Below are positions 20,158-29,976 of a stretch of 64,000 bases of DNA, piece after piece. The DNA is from Anaerolineae bacterium. Lineage in GTDB: Bacteria > Chloroflexota > Anaerolineae > B4-G1. The stretch's first letter is position 1, and the number at the start of each line of letters is the position of its first letter. Position numbers and translations under genes: made by a program. Under the pieces are notes generated by a model. The model was not told where the DNA came from. It saw only the letters and a list, made by a program, of their open reading frames with translations, and ran no database searches. The DNA lies in NCBI GenBank assembly GCA_041687115.1, contig JAWLCP010000002.1:2102-66101 (forward strand), in the 5' to 3' direction.

Positions 20158-21102
20158 CTACGGGCTCTTGAACCCCAGACGATCCAGCTGCTGTTCGTCC
20201 TCTCGCCATTTCTTGCGCACCTTCACCCACAGATCGAGATAGACCTTGCCCCCGACCAGGCGCTCAATGGCCCGGCGCGCGTCCGATCCGATCTGACGGA
20301 TCATGCGTCCTCTCCGCCCGATGATGATCCCCTTCTGCGAATCCTTCTCGACGAAGATGCTGGCTCCGATGTACGTCACGTTCTGCGCCCGCTCCTTGAA
20401 CTCCTCCACCAGTACGGCGACTGAGTGTGGGACTTCCTGGTAGGTATGGCGGAGGACCTGCTCTCGAATCAGTTCGGCGACGATCTCGCGCTCGGTCTGG
20501 TCGGTGATGTACTCTCGTGGATAGTAACGCGGGCCCTCTGGGAGCCGGACCACAATCTTTTCCAGCAGCTCACCCAGATTCGCTCCCTGTGTGGCCACAG
20601 TCATCATCCAGTCCTCGTGGAAGGGAGCGAGCTCCCAGTAGGCCTCCGTACGGACCCTGACCTTCTCTGGCGACAGAAGGTCCATCTTGTTCAGCACCAG
20701 AATGATCGGTGCACCCGCCCGCTGCTCGAGGATATCCGCGATCATGTGGTCCTCTTCTGTCGGCGGTACCGACACATCCACCATGAACAACACGACGTCT
20801 GCGTCGGGGATGACGTTGACGGCGGTGTCGACCATGAGTTCCCCCAGCCTGTGAAGAGGACGATGGATTCCTGGGGTATCCACGAAGATCACCTGGAGGT
20901 CTTCTTGGGTCAGAATGCCCAGAACGCGGCTGCGCGTGGTCTGCGGCTTTGACGAGACGATGGCCACCTTCTCGCCCACGTATCGGTTCATCAGCGTGGA
21001 CTTGCCCACGTTGGGCCGGCCGATCACCGCGACGAAGCCCGATCTGTGGCCTTCGGGGACGGCGTACGGATCCGAGAGATCGTGGTTGGCAGTGGTGGAC
21101 AT
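20158..21102 (-). CDS. era: GTPase Era
   Basis: GRPNVGKSTL, DTPG, NKMD G-motifs plus C-terminal KH domain. Confidence 0.9.
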   Translation of the reverse strand: MSTTANHDLSDPYAVPEGHRSGFVAVIGRPNVGKSTLMNRYVGEKVAIVSSKPQTTRSRVLGILTQEDLQVIFVDTPGIHRPLHRLGELMVDTAVNVIPDADVVLFMVDVSVPPTEEDHMIADILEQRAGAPIILVLNKMDLLSPEKVRVRTEAYWELAPFHEDWMMTVATQGANLGELLEKIVVRLPEGPRYYPREYITDQTEREIVAELIREQVLRHTYQEVPHSVAVLVEEFKERAQNVTYIGASIFVEKDSQKGIIIGRRGRMIRQIGSDARRAIERLVGGKVYLDLWVKVRKKWREDEQQLDRLGFKSP

Positions 21103-21183
21103 AGGTAATGTGAACCTCAGCTAACGTATTCGACCGGCGGGATTGCCGAACCCCAGACGCCGACGGCCCGGGTTGAGCGTGCC

Positions 21184-21822
21184 TCACGCTCCGTTTCTGC
21201 CACCCTCAGGCACCAGATAGATGCCCGGCAGGCTGACCAACGTCACCACACCCTTCACGATGATGTTGGACAGGAAGATCGACCACACCGTTGCGCCCGC
21301 GTATCGCCCCCCGAAAGCACCCCAACTGAAGATGAGGCTGTCGAGAGGCACGCTGACTGCGTTGCTGACCAGCACCCGTGTCCACTCCCAGCGTCGCGTC
21401 ACCCGGTTCACCCACAGGTGATAGACCTCCGTGTCCGCGAGCTCGCTGAAGAGCTCGGCCGCGATAGAAGCGATCACGATCCGCCAGACCGGGCTGAGCA
21501 CGGCGGCGAACTCGCCCTGAAGCGGCCAATCCGGATCGGGCGGCAGCCAGGCCGCGAAGCGAAAGAGTAGCGCCATCACCAGATTGATGACGCCAGCGGC
21601 CAGAATGACCGCCCGAGCGGCCGATCGCCCCAGGAGCTTATGGACCAGATCGCGCAGCGTGAACGTGAACGGGTAGATGAACGTGCCGGCATCGATGCTG
21701 AACCCCGCCACGGTGGCGATCTTGAGGCTGAGGACATCGGCCATCATCTGCGCCGCGATGTAGGCAGCGATGACCCACACGCCTGTGATGGACAGGGAGA
21801 TCGCCCGGTTCGCGTTTCTCAT
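21184..21822 (-). CDS. Queuosine-precursor transporter (YhhQ/COG1738, VUT family)
   Basis: About 210-aa polytopic membrane protein with the YhhQ-family pattern. The track ORF extends to 21912; the likely start is M31 (MRNANRAISLSITGVWVIAAY). Confidence 0.7.
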   Translation of the reverse strand: MRNANRAISLSITGVWVIAAYIAAQMMADVLSLKIATVAGFSIDAGTFIYPFTFTLRDLVHKLLGRSAARAVILAAGVINLVMALLFRFAAWLPPDPDWPLQGEFAAVLSPVWRIVIASIAAELFSELADTEVYHLWVNRVTRRWEWTRVLVSNAVSVPLDSLIFSWGAFGGRYAGATVWSIFLSNIIVKGVVTLVSLPGIYLVPEGGRNGA

Positions 21823-21925
21823 CGGAATCTTGCCATCGTACGGACAAACAACAGAGACCCGCTCCGAGAACGGAAGAAGCGAGCCTCGTGTCCTCTCCAA
21901 GTTGCTGGGCAAACGTGTGCGGCTG

Positions 21926-23998
21926 CTAGGAGCTTTGCTCCCGTTGGTGCGCCTCCACGATCTCCTCCGTCAGGTGCGAGGGCACCTGTTCGTAGTGATC
22001 GAACGCCATCGAGTAGAGCCCGCGACCCTGGGTCAAGCTTCGCAAGTCCGTGGCATACCGCTGCATCTCGGCGAACGGGACCAGCGCGTTTATGACGGTC
22101 TTTCCAGCGCTCTGGTCCATCCCCTGGACCTGGGCCCGCCTCGTGTTCAGGTCCCCGATGATGTCACCGGTGTACTCCTCCGGCACGGTGACCGATACCT
22201 TGTATATCGGCTCAAGGAGCACCGGCCCGGCACCTCGGACGACCTTCTTGAACACCTCACGCCCCGCAATCTGGAAGGCGATGTCCTTCGAGTCGACCGG
22301 GTGCTCCTTGCCATCGTAGACGGTGGCCCGAAGATCCACCACGGGATACCCAGCGATGACGCCCTGCTCTATCACCTGCCTGATCCCCTTTTCGATCGAG
22401 CCCTGAAACCCGGTGGATATGGCACCTCCGCTTACCTTCCACTCATACTCGAAGCCGGCGCCGCGGGGCAGTGGCTCGACCCTCAGGTGGACCTCGGCGA
22501 ACTGACCAGCACCGCCGGTCTGTTTCTTGTGGCGATACTGGTCGGCATAGGTGCGCGTGACCGTCTCCCGATAGGGCACCTTCGGCGTCGACGTCTCTAC
22601 TTCCACGTCGAATCGATTCGACATGCGTTGGATGGCGATGTCCAGGTGGGCTCCACCCATTCCCTGAAGGAGCATCTGCTTCGTGCTCGGCTCTTGGTGC
22701 CACTGGAGCGTCGGATCTTCTTCGCAGATTCGGCTCATGGTGGGGCCGAGCTTCGCCTGATCGGCCTTGCTCTTTGGCGAGACGGCCACACTGTAAACGG
22801 GCGACGGGAAGACCGGCCCTGGCAACGTCACGGGATGGTCCTCGTCGCACAGCGTGTCGCCGGTCAGCGTGTTGGCTAGCTTCGCGACTGCGCCGATGTC
22901 TCCAGGTCGGAGGTGGGGCACGCTGATTTGCTCCTTCCCGCGCATCACATATAGCTGGCCGAGTCGCTCCTCTTCATCAGCCCGGCTATTGTACACGCGG
23001 GTGTCCGATCGCATGACGCCGCGGTAGACCCGGAAGTAGGTCAGCTTGCCCACGTAGGGGTCGGCCGTCGTCTTGAAGACCAGCGCGGTCAGCGGACCGT
23101 CTTCATCCGGTCTGATCTCCTCATCCCCGGAGGGGCCTTCCGCCGTGACTGGTTCTCGATCCGCAGGAGATGGAGCGTAGTTGACCACGGCATCGAGCAG
23201 GGCCTTCGTCCCGATGTTCTCCGTAGCTGCTGTGACCATCACCGGCACGGTCGCACCCTCCAGGATTGCCCTTCGAAGCCCGCGCTGGATCTCCTCCTCG
23301 GAAAGGCTCTCCCCCTCGAGGTACTTCATGATCAGCTCATCATCCGCCTCGGCCGCAGCCTCGATCAGTTGAACCCGCGCATCCTCTGCCTGATCGGCCA
23401 TGTCGCTGGGGATATCCGCCACCTTTCCTTCTGTGCCCAGCAGCGCTCGCATGTTCACCAGATCGACCACGCCGGTGCATTTCTCTGCGGTTCCAATCGG
23501 CAGGTGGGTGAGGATGAAGTTCTCCCCAAAGCTCTCCTCAAGTTCTTCCATGATGTGGTCAAGGTGGACATTCTCTCGATTGATCTTGTTGACCACGATC
23601 ATACGCGGGAGGTTCTGCTCGTCAGCGAATTTCCACACCAGCTCGGTTCCCACCTCGACCCCGGACACGGCATCTACCACAACCAGCGCTCCATCCGCTA
23701 CTCGCACTGCGCTCTTGACCTCCCCGACGAAGTCCGTGTAGCCGGGGGTGTCAATCACGTTGATCTTATGCCCTTGCCATTCAACGGGAACCAGGGCCAG
23801 GTTGAGGGAGATGTGGCGGCGTCTTTCCTCTTCGTCGTAGTCGGAGACGGTGGTGCCATCCTCCACGCTTCCCATGCGGTTGATTGCACCACTGGAGTAC
23901 ACCATCGCCTCCGCAAGAGAGGTTTTCCCGGAGCTGCCGTGACCGAGCAGAACAACGTTCCGCAATTGTTCAGTATGATAGTCCTTCGTTGACACCAT
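21926..23998 (-). CDS. Elongation factor G paralog (EF-G-like translational GTPase) with an atypical G1 motif
   Basis: 690 aa with full EF-G five-domain architecture (DTPGYTDF, NKINR, domain IV/V blocks). The P-loop reads GHGSSGKTS instead of the canonical AHIDAGKTT. Confidence 0.85.
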   Translation of the reverse strand: MVSTKDYHTEQLRNVVLLGHGSSGKTSLAEAMVYSSGAINRMGSVEDGTTVSDYDEEERRRHISLNLALVPVEWQGHKINVIDTPGYTDFVGEVKSAVRVADGALVVVDAVSGVEVGTELVWKFADEQNLPRMIVVNKINRENVHLDHIMEELEESFGENFILTHLPIGTAEKCTGVVDLVNMRALLGTEGKVADIPSDMADQAEDARVQLIEAAAEADDELIMKYLEGESLSEEEIQRGLRRAILEGATVPVMVTAATENIGTKALLDAVVNYAPSPADREPVTAEGPSGDEEIRPDEDGPLTALVFKTTADPYVGKLTYFRVYRGVMRSDTRVYNSRADEEERLGQLYVMRGKEQISVPHLRPGDIGAVAKLANTLTGDTLCDEDHPVTLPGPVFPSPVYSVAVSPKSKADQAKLGPTMSRICEEDPTLQWHQEPSTKQMLLQGMGGAHLDIAIQRMSNRFDVEVETSTPKVPYRETVTRTYADQYRHKKQTGGAGQFAEVHLRVEPLPRGAGFEYEWKVSGGAISTGFQGSIEKGIRQVIEQGVIAGYPVVDLRATVYDGKEHPVDSKDIAFQIAGREVFKKVVRGAGPVLLEPIYKVSVTVPEEYTGDIIGDLNTRRAQVQGMDQSAGKTVINALVPFAEMQRYATDLRSLTQGRGLYSMAFDHYEQVPSHLTEEIVEAHQREQSS

Positions 23999-24247
23999 GT
24001 AGACAGTGACTCCTTACATCTAGTCTGTATACGCCAGGCACAACAGACAAGACCGAACTGGTGGCAAACCAGGGTTCCAGTTCACGTCCTATGTCTTGCG
24101 CTGTGGCCGGTTGCACTCAGATCGTCGATGACAATGAGGTATTCTAAACGAGAATGGCGGGCCTGTCAATTGCCCAACCTGATGAACGGTAGTACACTAT
24201 GAGCCACTCGACAGGCGCCACCAGCTGGCAGAAGAAAGGAGACCATC

Positions 24248-25624
24248 GTGGCCGAGTTTCCCATCGAACCGTTCAAGATCAAGGTCGTGGAGCCGATCCG
24301 CAGGACGACGCCCGAGGAGCGAGAGGGGATTCTGAGCACGTCGGGCTACAATCTCTTCGCCGTGCGGGCCGAGGATATCTATATCGACCTCTTGACCGAT
24401 TCCGGCACAGCCGCCATGTCCGATAGTCAGTGGGCAGGGATGATGATTGGCGACGAGAGCTATGCGGGCTGTCGGAACTTCTTGAACCTGGAGGAGGCCG
24501 TCGCATCCATCACCGGCTTTCGCCGTTTTCTGCCCACCCATCAAGGTCGGGCGGCCGAGAACGTCCTTTTCGCGTGCATGGTGGAGTCGGGCGACCGGGT
24601 GCCCAGCAACATGCACTTCGACACCACCCAGGCCAACGTCATCGCCCAGGGAGGCGAGCCGGTCGACCTCGTCGCTGACGAGGGCCTCGATCCCACCAAG
24701 CACGCCGCGTTCAAAGGGAACATAGACCTGGAGAAGCTCGAGGCTTTCATTGAGGAGACCGGGCCCGAGGCCATCCCGTTGGGAATGCTCACGATCACGA
24801 ACAACTCTGGCGGGGGGCAGCCCGTTTCGATGGCGAATATCCGCGCCACCGCCGAGATCCTCCATCGCTACGGCATCCCCTTCTTTCTCGATGCCTGCCG
24901 CTATGCTGAGAACGCCTACTTCATCAAGCTGCGCGATCCCGAGTACGCCGAGACGCCCGTCCTCGAGATCGCTCGGGAGATGTTCTCCTACGCGGATGGG
25001 TGCACGATGTCGGCGAAGAAAGATGCCCTGGTCAATATCGGTGGATTCCTCGCCATGAACGATGAGTGGCTCTTCGAACAAGCCCGCCAGGAGCTGATCA
25101 TCCGCGAGGGCTTCCCCACCTACGGTGGCCTGGCCGGACGCGACCTGGAGGCCGTCGCGCGTGGGCTATGGGAGGGTCTCGACGAGGACTACCTGGCTTA
25201 CCGCATTGCCCACACCAAGTATCTGGCCGATCGCCTGAGCGAGGAGGGCATCCCCATTCTCGAGCCCCCGGGTGGACACGCCGTCTACCTCGACGCCAAG
25301 CGCTTCCTACCGCACATCCCCCAGGGGCACCTGCCTGGCCAGGCACTCGTCTGCGCCCTCTACCTTCAGGGCGGGATTCGGAGTGTGGAGATTGGCAGCG
25401 TCATGTTCGCTCGGGAGGACTCTCGCACCGGCGAGATCATCTACCCGGAGTTGGAGTTGGTCCGTCTGGCCATTCCACGGCGCGTCTACACGCAAGCTCA
25501 CCTCGACTACGTCGCGGAGACGTGCAGGCACCTGTACCAGAACCGGGAGGAGATCAGTGGCCTGCGCTACACGTACGCGCCAAAGCTCCTGCGCCACTTC
25601 ACGGCCCGATTTGAGCCTCTGTAG
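24248..25624 (+). CDS. tnaA: Tryptophanase / tyrosine phenol-lyase family PLP beta-eliminating lyase; specificity residues favour tryptophan indole-lyase
   Basis: PLP-lysine block MSAKKDALVNIGGF. Overall closest to TPL-type blocks (LTDSGTAAMSDSQWAGMMIGDESYAG). Carries Asp in FDTTQ and His in LRHFTARF, the TnaA-type substrate determinants (TPL has Thr and Phe). GTG start with an AAAGGAGA RBS. Confidence 0.8.
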   Translation: MAEFPIEPFKIKVVEPIRRTTPEEREGILSTSGYNLFAVRAEDIYIDLLTDSGTAAMSDSQWAGMMIGDESYAGCRNFLNLEEAVASITGFRRFLPTHQGRAAENVLFACMVESGDRVPSNMHFDTTQANVIAQGGEPVDLVADEGLDPTKHAAFKGNIDLEKLEAFIEETGPEAIPLGMLTITNNSGGGQPVSMANIRATAEILHRYGIPFFLDACRYAENAYFIKLRDPEYAETPVLEIAREMFSYADGCTMSAKKDALVNIGGFLAMNDEWLFEQARQELIIREGFPTYGGLAGRDLEAVARGLWEGLDEDYLAYRIAHTKYLADRLSEEGIPILEPPGGHAVYLDAKRFLPHIPQGHLPGQALVCALYLQGGIRSVEIGSVMFAREDSRTGEIIYPELELVRLAIPRRVYTQAHLDYVAETCRHLYQNREEISGLRYTYAPKLLRHFTARFEPL

Positions 25625-25680
25625 TCGCTCGGCCCTGGTCCCTGCAGGAAGATGAGCCTGAGAGGGGTGCGGGCGGACGT

Positions 25681-26733
25681 CTAGTTCCCTTTGTCCGTGT
25701 GGGACAGGAAGACGAGGGTGAGGATCACGATGACACCGATGCTCACCAGTGCCACCAGCTTCTGCCACGGGGCTGCGACCAGCGCCAGCAATCCGAACCC
25801 AGCGCAGAAGGTCCAATAGACGAAGACGATCGCTCGCTTTGAGAGACCCAGATCGCGCAGGCGATAATGGAGATGGCCCCGATCCCCCTGGACCGGTGAG
25901 CGCTTGTGGCGTACCCGGTCGAAGATCTGCCAGGCAACGTCGACGATGGGCAGTCCCATGACCATCAGCACTGTTGCCGTCCGCCCTCCGGCGATCAGAC
26001 CCAGGGCGGCCAGCGCATAGCCCAGGAAGAAGGCCCCCGTGCTTCCCATGAAAATCCTCGCCGGCGCAATGTTGAACGGGAGGAACCCTACCAACGCGCC
26101 CATCAGCGCCACCGGCAGAAGCGCGGCGCTGGCCTGGGGCTGGGCCGCGCGATAGCGCATGTGGATTGCCAGGACCAGACAGAGGATCGCTCCCACCCCA
26201 GCGGCGAGCCCGTCGAGCCCGTCCAGCCAGTTGACCGTGTTGATCATGCCCATCACCCACAGGGTCGTCAGCGGAACGTAGACAAGCGGGCCCCATGGGT
26301 AGTCGTTCAGCTTGATGGTGCCGAAGAAGGGCAGGGTGAAGCGCTCCAGCCAGAGCAGGGTGGCCAACGCCACCAGCGAGAGGGTGAACTGGAAGGCGAA
26401 CTGCGGCCAGGGGGAGAGGTTGAAGCGATCGTCCACCAGACCGAACAGGAACGCCGCTGCACCGCCGATCAAGAGCCCCTTGAGGCGGAGGATGTCGTTC
26501 GAACCGTAGCCTGCCGTCAGGGTCCCTCGCCACGCAGCCACGCCGACAGCCGCACTGAATGCCACGAACACGGCCACGCCGCCCAGGCGCGGAACGGCGC
26601 CTGTGTGACGTCGGCGCCCTCCCGGGTGGTCCACGATATCGAATCGCCTGGCCAGGCGCCCGGCGATGGGGGCCATCAGTGCGGCCAGGCCAACCGAGGT
26701 GCCGAAGATGAGGGCGTACTGGTAGAGAGGCAT
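25681..26733 (-). CDS. Glycosyltransferase family 4 (WecA/TagO/MraY-like) undecaprenyl-phosphate sugar-1-phosphate transferase
   Basis: 10-11 TM; DDRFNL and NxxNxxDGxDGLA motifs. Confidence 0.85.
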   Translation of the reverse strand: MPLYQYALIFGTSVGLAALMAPIAGRLARRFDIVDHPGGRRRHTGAVPRLGGVAVFVAFSAAVGVAAWRGTLTAGYGSNDILRLKGLLIGGAAAFLFGLVDDRFNLSPWPQFAFQFTLSLVALATLLWLERFTLPFFGTIKLNDYPWGPLVYVPLTTLWVMGMINTVNWLDGLDGLAAGVGAILCLVLAIHMRYRAAQPQASAALLPVALMGALVGFLPFNIAPARIFMGSTGAFFLGYALAALGLIAGGRTATVLMVMGLPIVDVAWQIFDRVRHKRSPVQGDRGHLHYRLRDLGLSKRAIVFVYWTFCAGFGLLALVAAPWQKLVALVSIGVIVILTLVFLSHTDKGN

Positions 26734-26782
26734 GTGAGGATAATTCGAATGGTCTACGCGGGTTTGTGCACGGCCACAGCCG

Positions 26783-27412
26783 TCATCCGGTGCCGAAGAG
26801 CCGATCGCCGGCGTCTCCCAGGCCTGGGACGATCAACCCCTCATCGTTGAGCTGCTCATCCACGGCGGCGAGGAACAGCGGGACATCAGGATGGGCGTCT
26901 GACAGGCGCCGTATCCCCTCGGTCGAGGCGATGACCCCCACGAACTTGATACGTCTGGTTCCCCACTCCTTCAGGATGTCCATCGCCGCTGTCGCTGATC
27001 CGCCGGTAGCCAGCATGGGATCGAGGACGAGGCACACGTCCACCGTTGGGCTGACGGGCAGGCGGGCGTAGTATTCGATTGGCTGAAGCGTCTGCTCGTC
27101 TCGCCGTAGCCCGATGTGCCACACCTCGGCGTTTGGTATCGAGTTCCACACGCCCTCAACCATGCCCAGCCCGGCGCGGAGAATGGGGACCAACCCGACC
27201 CGCTCCACCAGGCGATGTTCGTTCGATTGCCCCAAGGGCGTGATGACCGAAACCTCTTCTGTGGCCAGATCAGCCGTGGCCTCATAGGTCAGCAGGACCG
27301 AGATCTCCCGCAGCAGCTCGCGGAACTTCTTTGGATCGGTGCGCTGGTCACGCAGCAGGCCCATCTTGTGCTTCACCAGTGGGTGGGCTGAGACGTGTGC
27401 TTGGGGTGTCAT
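26783..27412 (-). CDS. upp: Uracil phosphoribosyltransferase
   Basis: PRPP-binding motif [15 protein letters not shown]; conserved Upp N-terminus. Confidence 0.9.
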   Translation of the reverse strand: MTPQAHVSAHPLVKHKMGLLRDQRTDPKKFRELLREISVLLTYEATADLATEEVSVITPLGQSNEHRLVERVGLVPILRAGLGMVEGVWNSIPNAEVWHIGLRRDEQTLQPIEYYARLPVSPTVDVCLVLDPMLATGGSATAAMDILKEWGTRRIKFVGVIASTEGIRRLSDAHPDVPLFLAAVDEQLNDEGLIVPGLGDAGDRLFGTG

Positions 27413-27477
27413 CGTTCACCTCCTAGAGAATAGTGCGCCCATTCTACTCTCCCATCCGTGCCTTGTCAAAGGACCGC

Positions 27478-27505
27478 TTTCCATCTCGACCGTTCCTAGT
27501 ATAAT
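27478..27505 (+). promoter_or_regulatory. Putative promoter (TTTCCA - 16 nt - TATAAT) 10 nt upstream of the ruvB ATG, implying a leaderless or near-leaderless mRNA
   Basis: Perfect TATAAT at 27500-27505 and ATG at 27516; weak -35. Confidence 0.35.
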
Positions 27506-27515
27506 ACCGTCCAGC

Positions 27516-28535
27516 ATGGACGAGAGGATAATCTCACCGGAGCCCGAAGACGACGAGTTCGTCCTCGACCAAGCTCTGCGTCCGCAGCGTCTCCAGGATC
27601 TGATCGGGCAGGACCATGTCTGCGCCAATCTGTCGATCCTCATTCAAGCGGCTCAGAAGCGTGACGAGGCGATCGATCACGTGTTGCTCTACGGGCCCCC
27701 CGGGCTGGGGAAGACGACCCTGGCCCATATCATCGCCAACGAGATGGACGTGCCTATTCGCGTGACCTCCGGACCAGCGATCGAGCGGACCGGGGACCTG
27801 GCAGCCATCCTCAGCAACCTTCGACATAAGGAGGTCTTCTTCATTGACGAAGTCCATCGCCTCGGTCGCGCGGTGGAGGAGATCCTCTATCCGGCGATGG
27901 AGGACTTCGCGCTTGATTTCGTCATCGGCAAGGGACCTAGCGCACGCTCGATCCGGCTCAATCTCCCTCGCTTCACCGTTGTAGGGGCTACCACACGCCT
28001 CGCGCTGCTGACCGCGCCGCTGAGATCGCGCTTCGGTGCCACGTTCCGCGTGGATTTCTACGATCAAGCAGCGTTGACCACCATCGTGCGGCGTGCCGCC
28101 GGTGTCCTGGAGGTGGAGATCGACCAGAGCGGCGCAGCTGAAATCGCCAGGCGTGGCCGAGGGACGCCTCGGGTGGCTCTCCGGCTCCTGAAACGCGTCC
28201 GCGATTTCGCCCAGGTCCGGGCTGATGGCCACGTCAGCGCCGACGTCGCCTGCGAGGCCCTCGAGATGTTGAACGTGGATCAGAAAGGACTGGACGATGT
28301 GGACCGGCGCGTGCTCTGGACCATCATCGACAAGTTCGACGGAGGACCGGTTGGTCTCGACACCATCGCCGCCGCAGTAAGCGAGGAGCCGGACACCATC
28401 ATGGACGTCATCGAACCGTACCTGCTTCGTCTGGGCTTCCTGGACCGCACGCCCCGGGGACGCGTGGCCACCATCCGAGCGTACAGGCACCTCGATCTCC
28501 CCTACGATCGGTCGGAGCAACCTTCCCTGTTGTGA
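27516..28535 (+). CDS. ruvB: Holliday junction branch-migration ATPase RuvB
   Basis: GPPGLGKTT Walker A, FIDEVHRL Walker B, winged-helix C-terminus. The track ORF starts at 27339; the likely start is M60 ([13 protein letters not shown]). No ruvA is adjacent. Confidence 0.9.
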   Translation: MDERIISPEPEDDEFVLDQALRPQRLQDLIGQDHVCANLSILIQAAQKRDEAIDHVLLYGPPGLGKTTLAHIIANEMDVPIRVTSGPAIERTGDLAAILSNLRHKEVFFIDEVHRLGRAVEEILYPAMEDFALDFVIGKGPSARSIRLNLPRFTVVGATTRLALLTAPLRSRFGATFRVDFYDQAALTTIVRRAAGVLEVEIDQSGAAEIARRGRGTPRVALRLLKRVRDFAQVRADGHVSADVACEALEMLNVDQKGLDDVDRRVLWTIIDKFDGGPVGLDTIAAAVSEEPDTIMDVIEPYLLRLGFLDRTPRGRVATIRAYRHLDLPYDRSEQPSLL

Positions 28536-28656
28536 CGCCCGGCCCGATATCCAGCGAAATCCGGCAGGGGAGAGGAGCCAAGTCCCCCCTCTCTCAGAAG
28601 AGGAGCCGAATGCCCTCTCCCTCTCAGGGAGAGGGTTAGGGTGAGGGTATTTCTTC

Positions 28657-29976
28657 ATGAAGACAAACCAAGGCCGCAAGTACGAAATCCCATACGGTCG
28701 CTCGACCCTGACCTTCGAACTCCCTCTCGGCATGAAAGGGACGGTCGTGGTCTCCAAGCCGGCACAGCCCCTGGATGATCTCGAGGCGGCTGTCCAGGAG
28801 GCTCTGGCCCATCCCATTGAATCGCCGCCGCTCCGCGAGTTGGCGCGCTCCGGCGACCGCGTCTGTATCGTGTTCACGGACATCACCCGTGCCAGCCCCG
28901 ACCACGTGCTGGTCCCGGCCCTCCTGCGAGAGCTGGAGATCGCCGGCGTGCGTGACGACGACATCACACTCCTCTGCGGCATCGGCATGCACCGGCCCTC
29001 CACAGACGAGGAGAAGGTGGTCAAGCTGGGCCCAGACGTGGTCGAGCGCTATCGGGTGATCGACAACGAGCCACGGAACGACGAGGCCCTCGTCGATCTC
29101 GGCACCACCCGGGGGGGCGTGCCCGTGTCCGCGCATCGTGCAGCCGTGCACGCCGACCTGCTGATCGCCACCGGGCTGGTGGAGCCGCACCAGTACGCTG
29201 GCTACTCCGGTGGGCGGAAGACCGTGGCCGTGGGGGCGGCGGGAGAGGAGCTCATCGCATATACCCATGGACCCGGTTTCGTCGACCATCCCGCCACTCG
29301 GCTGGGGCGCATCGAGGGGAACCCTTTCCACGAGGCGATCACGGAGGCGGCGGACCGCGCAGGATTGGACTTCATCCTCAACGTGGTCTTGGACGACGAA
29401 AAGCGGGCGGTGTGTGTCAAGGGCGGGGAGCCGGTGGAGACGCATCGGCAGCTGGTGGGTTTCGCTCGCTCGATCTACGAGGTACCGATCCCTCACCAAT
29501 ACGACGCGGTCATCGGTGGGGTGGGGTATCCCAAGGACGCCAATCTCTATCAGGCCAGCCGGGCAGCCTCTTATCTTTTCTTCGCGCCGACGCCGGTGGT
29601 AAAGCCCGGAGGGACCGTCATTGTCCCTGCCCCGTGTGAGGAGGGGGCGGGGGAGGGAGTGGGCGAACAACGCTTCCTCGAAGCGATGCGAGATGCTCCC
29701 GACGTTCAGGGTATTCTCTGCGACGCGCGTGAGCACGGCTATCCACCTGGACAGCAGCGTGCCTTTGTCATGGCGAAGGTGTTGGAGAAAGCGAATGTGA
29801 TCATTGTGGGCAGCGAGTGCCCCGAGGTGGTCGCCGCCTGCAAGATGAAGCCGGCGGAGACCGTGGAGCAGGCGCTGGAGTGGGCCGCGGAGGATCTTGG
29901 ACGGGATCTTGAGGTACTCATCGTGCCCCACGCCCTGCTCACACTGCCCGTGGTCAGTTTGGAGGAGCCAGCGTGA
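28657..29976 (+). CDS. LarA-family (DUF2088) nickel-pincer-nucleotide-dependent 2-hydroxyacid racemase/epimerase homolog
   Basis: 439 aa; GIGMHR (first catalytic His), AGYSGGRK (the Lys that tethers the NPN cofactor in L. plantarum LarA), HGPGFVDHP...GNPFH (second His region). Confidence 0.85.
   Translation: MKTNQGRKYEIPYGRSTLTFELPLGMKGTVVVSKPAQPLDDLEAAVQEALAHPIESPPLRELARSGDRVCIVFTDITRASPDHVLVPALLRELEIAGVRDDDITLLCGIGMHRPSTDEEKVVKLGPDVVERYRVIDNEPRNDEALVDLGTTRGGVPVSAHRAAVHADLLIATGLVEPHQYAGYSGGRKTVAVGAAGEELIAYTHGPGFVDHPATRLGRIEGNPFHEAITEAADRAGLDFILNVVLDDEKRAVCVKGGEPVETHRQLVGFARSIYEVPIPHQYDAVIGGVGYPKDANLYQASRAASYLFFAPTPVVKPGGTVIVPAPCEEGAGEGVGEQRFLEAMRDAPDVQGILCDAREHGYPPGQQRAFVMAKVLEKANVIIVGSECPEVVAACKMKPAETVEQALEWAAEDLGRDLEVLIVPHALLTLPVVSLEEPA

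Noticed and set aside
21823-21925. Possible preQ1 riboswitch upstream of the YhhQ-type transporter.
   Set aside because: No small hairpin followed by an A-rich tail/pseudoknot consensus is visible. The region may even be coding if the longer ORF start at 21912 is real.
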